Assembly: GCA_030295235.1 (NCBI GenBank)
Contig: AP026176.1
Location: 248,001 to 312,000 of the forward strand
Length of the DNA stretch: 64,000 nucleotides
DNA from: Fistulifera solaris
Taxonomy: Eukaryota
Direction of reading: 5' to 3'
Shown here: piece by piece, positions 61,181-64,000 of the stretch
How positions within the stretch are numbered: the stretch's first letter is position 1
Layout of the letters: each line of letters opens with the position of its first letter
Notes under the pieces: generated by a model
Seen by the model: the letters and a program-made list of their open reading frames with translations, nothing else
What the model was told of the DNA's origin: nothing
Databases searched by the model: none
Made by a program: the position numbers and the translations under genes

Positions 61181-63236
61181 TTAGGCCGTTGCCTTGTTCT
61201 CAAGCCTTGCTAAATCATCCTTGATAGCGTCTATACCGACGGGGAGCGTTTCTAGCAACTGGTATTGCGCCTTAAGTTCTTGGTGCTTATTCACTAGCTG
61301 TATATGCTTGGCAAACTCATATTCCATTTGCGCTTCTAAATCAGCGAGCCGAATCAGCTCCGTCACAAACCCAGATGGATCTGCTGGTTCTGGCCTTTTT
61401 GGCTTGGGTGATTCGGGTGCTGGAGGGGGTGAGGGAGGAGCAACTGTTTTAGTAGTGTTCGTTTCATCACTTCGTTGTGGTACATGCTGACCCGACCAAC
61501 CCAAAGACGCGTGTGGTAAACGTGAAGTCATGCGAGTACTCTCTCTACCCCCAAAACTACCACCGCGACCTCCTCCGTATTCCACAGGAGGTCGATTACC
61601 GTAGTTGTCATACGTGGTAAATGGAGGAGGTGCAGGAGGACCTCGTCCACCGAGAATGTCCCCACCACGACCGGCAAGTATTTCTCGAGCCCGCATGGCT
61701 CTCCCTCGACCGTCTCCTCTACCCGGAAAATACCCTCTCCCTGGTCCACCCCGTGAAAATCCACCACGCTCAATTTCCGGCCGATGGGCAACTGAATGAG
61801 TAGGGGGAAACTGTCTCTGTGCTCCTTGTGGCGGAGCTCCTGCCATTCCTTGAGTGGGTCCCCGTCCTTGTGGCGGTCCCCCACCACGACCGTCATTCAT
61901 AGCTCTCCACCCGCTTTCACGAGGAAGTCCTGGATAGTCCAAAACAGGATGTGACGGAGGGGGTCTTTTCGGCATACCCTCGCCCGGACCCACAAGTGAA
62001 TTCAGGCGATTCGATGGTCGATTCTCGAATGATGACTCTACATTTCCTTGATCAGGACTTGCAGCATTGAGAGCGGGACGATTTCCATGCATGGGCCCGC
62101 GAATCAATCCAGGTCGATCCACCGAATGCCGATCGTCAATAATATTACGTTCAGAAGGTAAAGAGCTTCCTCGATCGAGCTGTCGAAAGTTTGGTTGGGT
62201 TGATGGGAGCGTAGGTGGAGCTGGAGGAAATGATGCACGCTGCTGTGGAAAGCCACTATCCTGCGGAGGCGGGCGACCTCGTGCAGAAAAAAGATTCAAA
62301 ATGTTCAACAGACGATCCAGGATGCATTGATTTTTGTGAAACGGCAGGATAACTCGAGGAATTGTAGGATAGTTCTTGTTTTTGTGGCACAATTTCACCT
62401 TCGCTGCCAAAGCTGGGGTTGCTACGAATTCGCTTGGGCTCTGGCGTGTTTGCAAATTGCGGCGGCTCGTTCACTAAGTCACTGTAAGTTCTTTTGGTTT
62501 CGGCTTCCGGAAAAGAAGGGCGATGAGAGAAGGCTGGTTGTCCGCGCCCTTCGGTTCCACCTCTTGCCGTGGCAGGAAAGCCACGACCATCTATGGTTCT
62601 TCCTCTGGATGATAGTGGCCGCCCTCGTCCTTCAAATCCTCCTCCTCTCGGAGGGAAAGTTCTTCCGCGACCTTCTACCGGAGCGCCTCTAGGCGGAAAA
62701 GTACCTCTACCTCCACGGCCCGTGGATGGTGTAGGAAGTCCTGATGAATGATTCGAGCCTAGCTCTTGCAATGCATCCTGATCTGGCGCCCTCCCTCCCA
62801 CCCATCGTCCCATCGATGGACCCCGTGCTGGGTAACGTCCGCCCGGTGCTACACCTCTTCCTCTAGTCATCACTGGTGCTCCCCGTTGGGGCGGCAAACC
62901 GGTCGAAAATTCATTCGATATCCCATTCTCTGGTCTAGCGCGTAAAGGAGGCGGTCGATGATCTTCGCGTCCCCCGTAACGAGGGCCGAAACGGCCCGGT
63001 TCGCGGCCCCTTCCCCCACGAGGGAACGAACGACCTCTTCGATTAATATCGTCGCCGGTACTTAATGGTTGAAGATGAGAAGGAGGATCGAGCGCTAAGG
63101 ACGCGTAGGAGCCCGCCGACGCCGTTGATGAGTAGCGCTGCATAGCAGGATGGGATTCTCTTCGGGGCGGCGGTGCGTCCTGGATCTCTCCAACTTCGCC
63201 TTCTTCTTGGTTCATCCGTGAAATTGGTGGGGGCAT
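61181..63236 (-). CDS. Low-complexity RGG/Pro-rich protein with C-terminal coiled coil (apparent frameshift 62287-62292)
   Basis: Many RG/RGG/GRG motifs. The two ORFs join (EHFESFSARGRPPP) when one base is removed. Helical C-terminus LADLEAQMEYEFAKH.. Confidence 0.72.
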
Positions 63237-64000
63237 TGTTGATTTTTTCTATTCGTATATTGTGATCGTTTCAGAATCGTTTCAACATTTCCAATCCTTA
63301 CTCGTATTTAACTGATTACTATAAATGCATTTGAAATGCAATGCTTTTTTTTTTATTTGTCGCTCATCGCTCATCGCATCGTCGTCGCTATTATGCGATC
63401 ACGGCTGCAAATCTGCAATATAGAGTGGGCGGGCGGAGATCAGACCGTGGCAGTCACGTCTGTATAATTTAGTCACTAATAATAGGTCACGCTTTTGCGA
63501 AAGGAATGGATAGGTGGAATAAAATAGGAATGATCTAGCTGAGCGAGTATAGCGATGCTTTCATGAAACCGGAGAATAAATGTAAGGAAGCTTAAATGCA
63601 AGCAATCCTTTAAGTTTCATTAGCACCAAGTAAAACGCCCTTTAGTTTACTCCAAAGTGTTTGCTCAGCACGTCGCGGATGAATTCTTTTCCTCGTAAGA
63701 TATCGCCATGTGCCGGTACCACGATCTCCACATCCCAGACATTCAAAACATGATCGACAATGTCTCGATATTCCTTTTATTTTGAACCATGAATTGATTG
63801 TAAAGGGTGCATAAATTTTGTCCATGCCGACTTTCCACAGTTTGGATCCCAGGGGTACTTTTTTCGACGAGCGGCGCCAGTTCCCACGTATCGTCGCGCC
63901 CAAATTGTGAGTTCGGAACCGAATCAGCGGGATAGTTCCAAAAGAAATCTGTAGCAATGAGCGCTTTGCTGGGTTCGTGATAAAATATTACTTCATTGAA

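Noticed and set aside
2775..62292. Programmed ribosomal frameshifting or mass pseudogenisation
   Set aside because: Indels go in both directions in any homopolymer, share no slippery motif and are not accompanied by other decay. Sequencing error is the simpler explanation.
63610..64000. Cys-containing minus-strand ORF at the window edge
   Set aside because: Truncated by the window and no family recognised; cannot be supported as a gene.

Overview
Eukaryotic nuclear DNA, most likely from a diatom (probably pennate). Evidence: gene-dense layout, short GT-AG introns of about 60-170 nt, bipartite plastid presequences with an ASAF-like cleavage site, and silicanin-type RXL/NQ-rich membrane proteins. 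I can support about 33 protein-coding genes and one tRNA-Ala(AGC). The proteins include a Ca/cNMP-domain kinase, a PITSLRE-type CDK, M11 and M43 metalloproteases, a TrmB-like methyltransferase, an HMG-box protein, a plastid RelA/SpoT homologue, a DUF1989 protein, a 1-Cys peroxiredoxin, a SENP8-like protease, an NAD(H) kinase, an MFS transporter, RPL6, a FAM13-like protein, an RraA-like aldolase, eIF2B-alpha, a hybrid GAF histidine kinase, an SMS/IPC-synthase-like protein, an ankyrin-TRP channel, a PPR protein, MenA and mS35. The most notable items are: (1) three divergent silicanin-1-like paralogues within 12 kb, two of them head-to-head, next to an RXL-bearing secreted metalloprotease; (2) a 294-bp hAT-type MITE with a perfect 8-bp target-site duplication; (3) a ~2.35-kb element bounded by ~80-bp inverted repeats that contain 24-bp palindromes; (4) a 290-bp intergenic patch of seven different tandem 7-mers. 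About half the genes, including essential RPL6, carry single-base frameshifts in homopolymer runs, which I read as assembly errors rather than biology. All family assignments come from motif recognition by eye; no database searches were run. I did not find a clearly novel multi-gene system; the silicanin neighbourhood is the best candidate.
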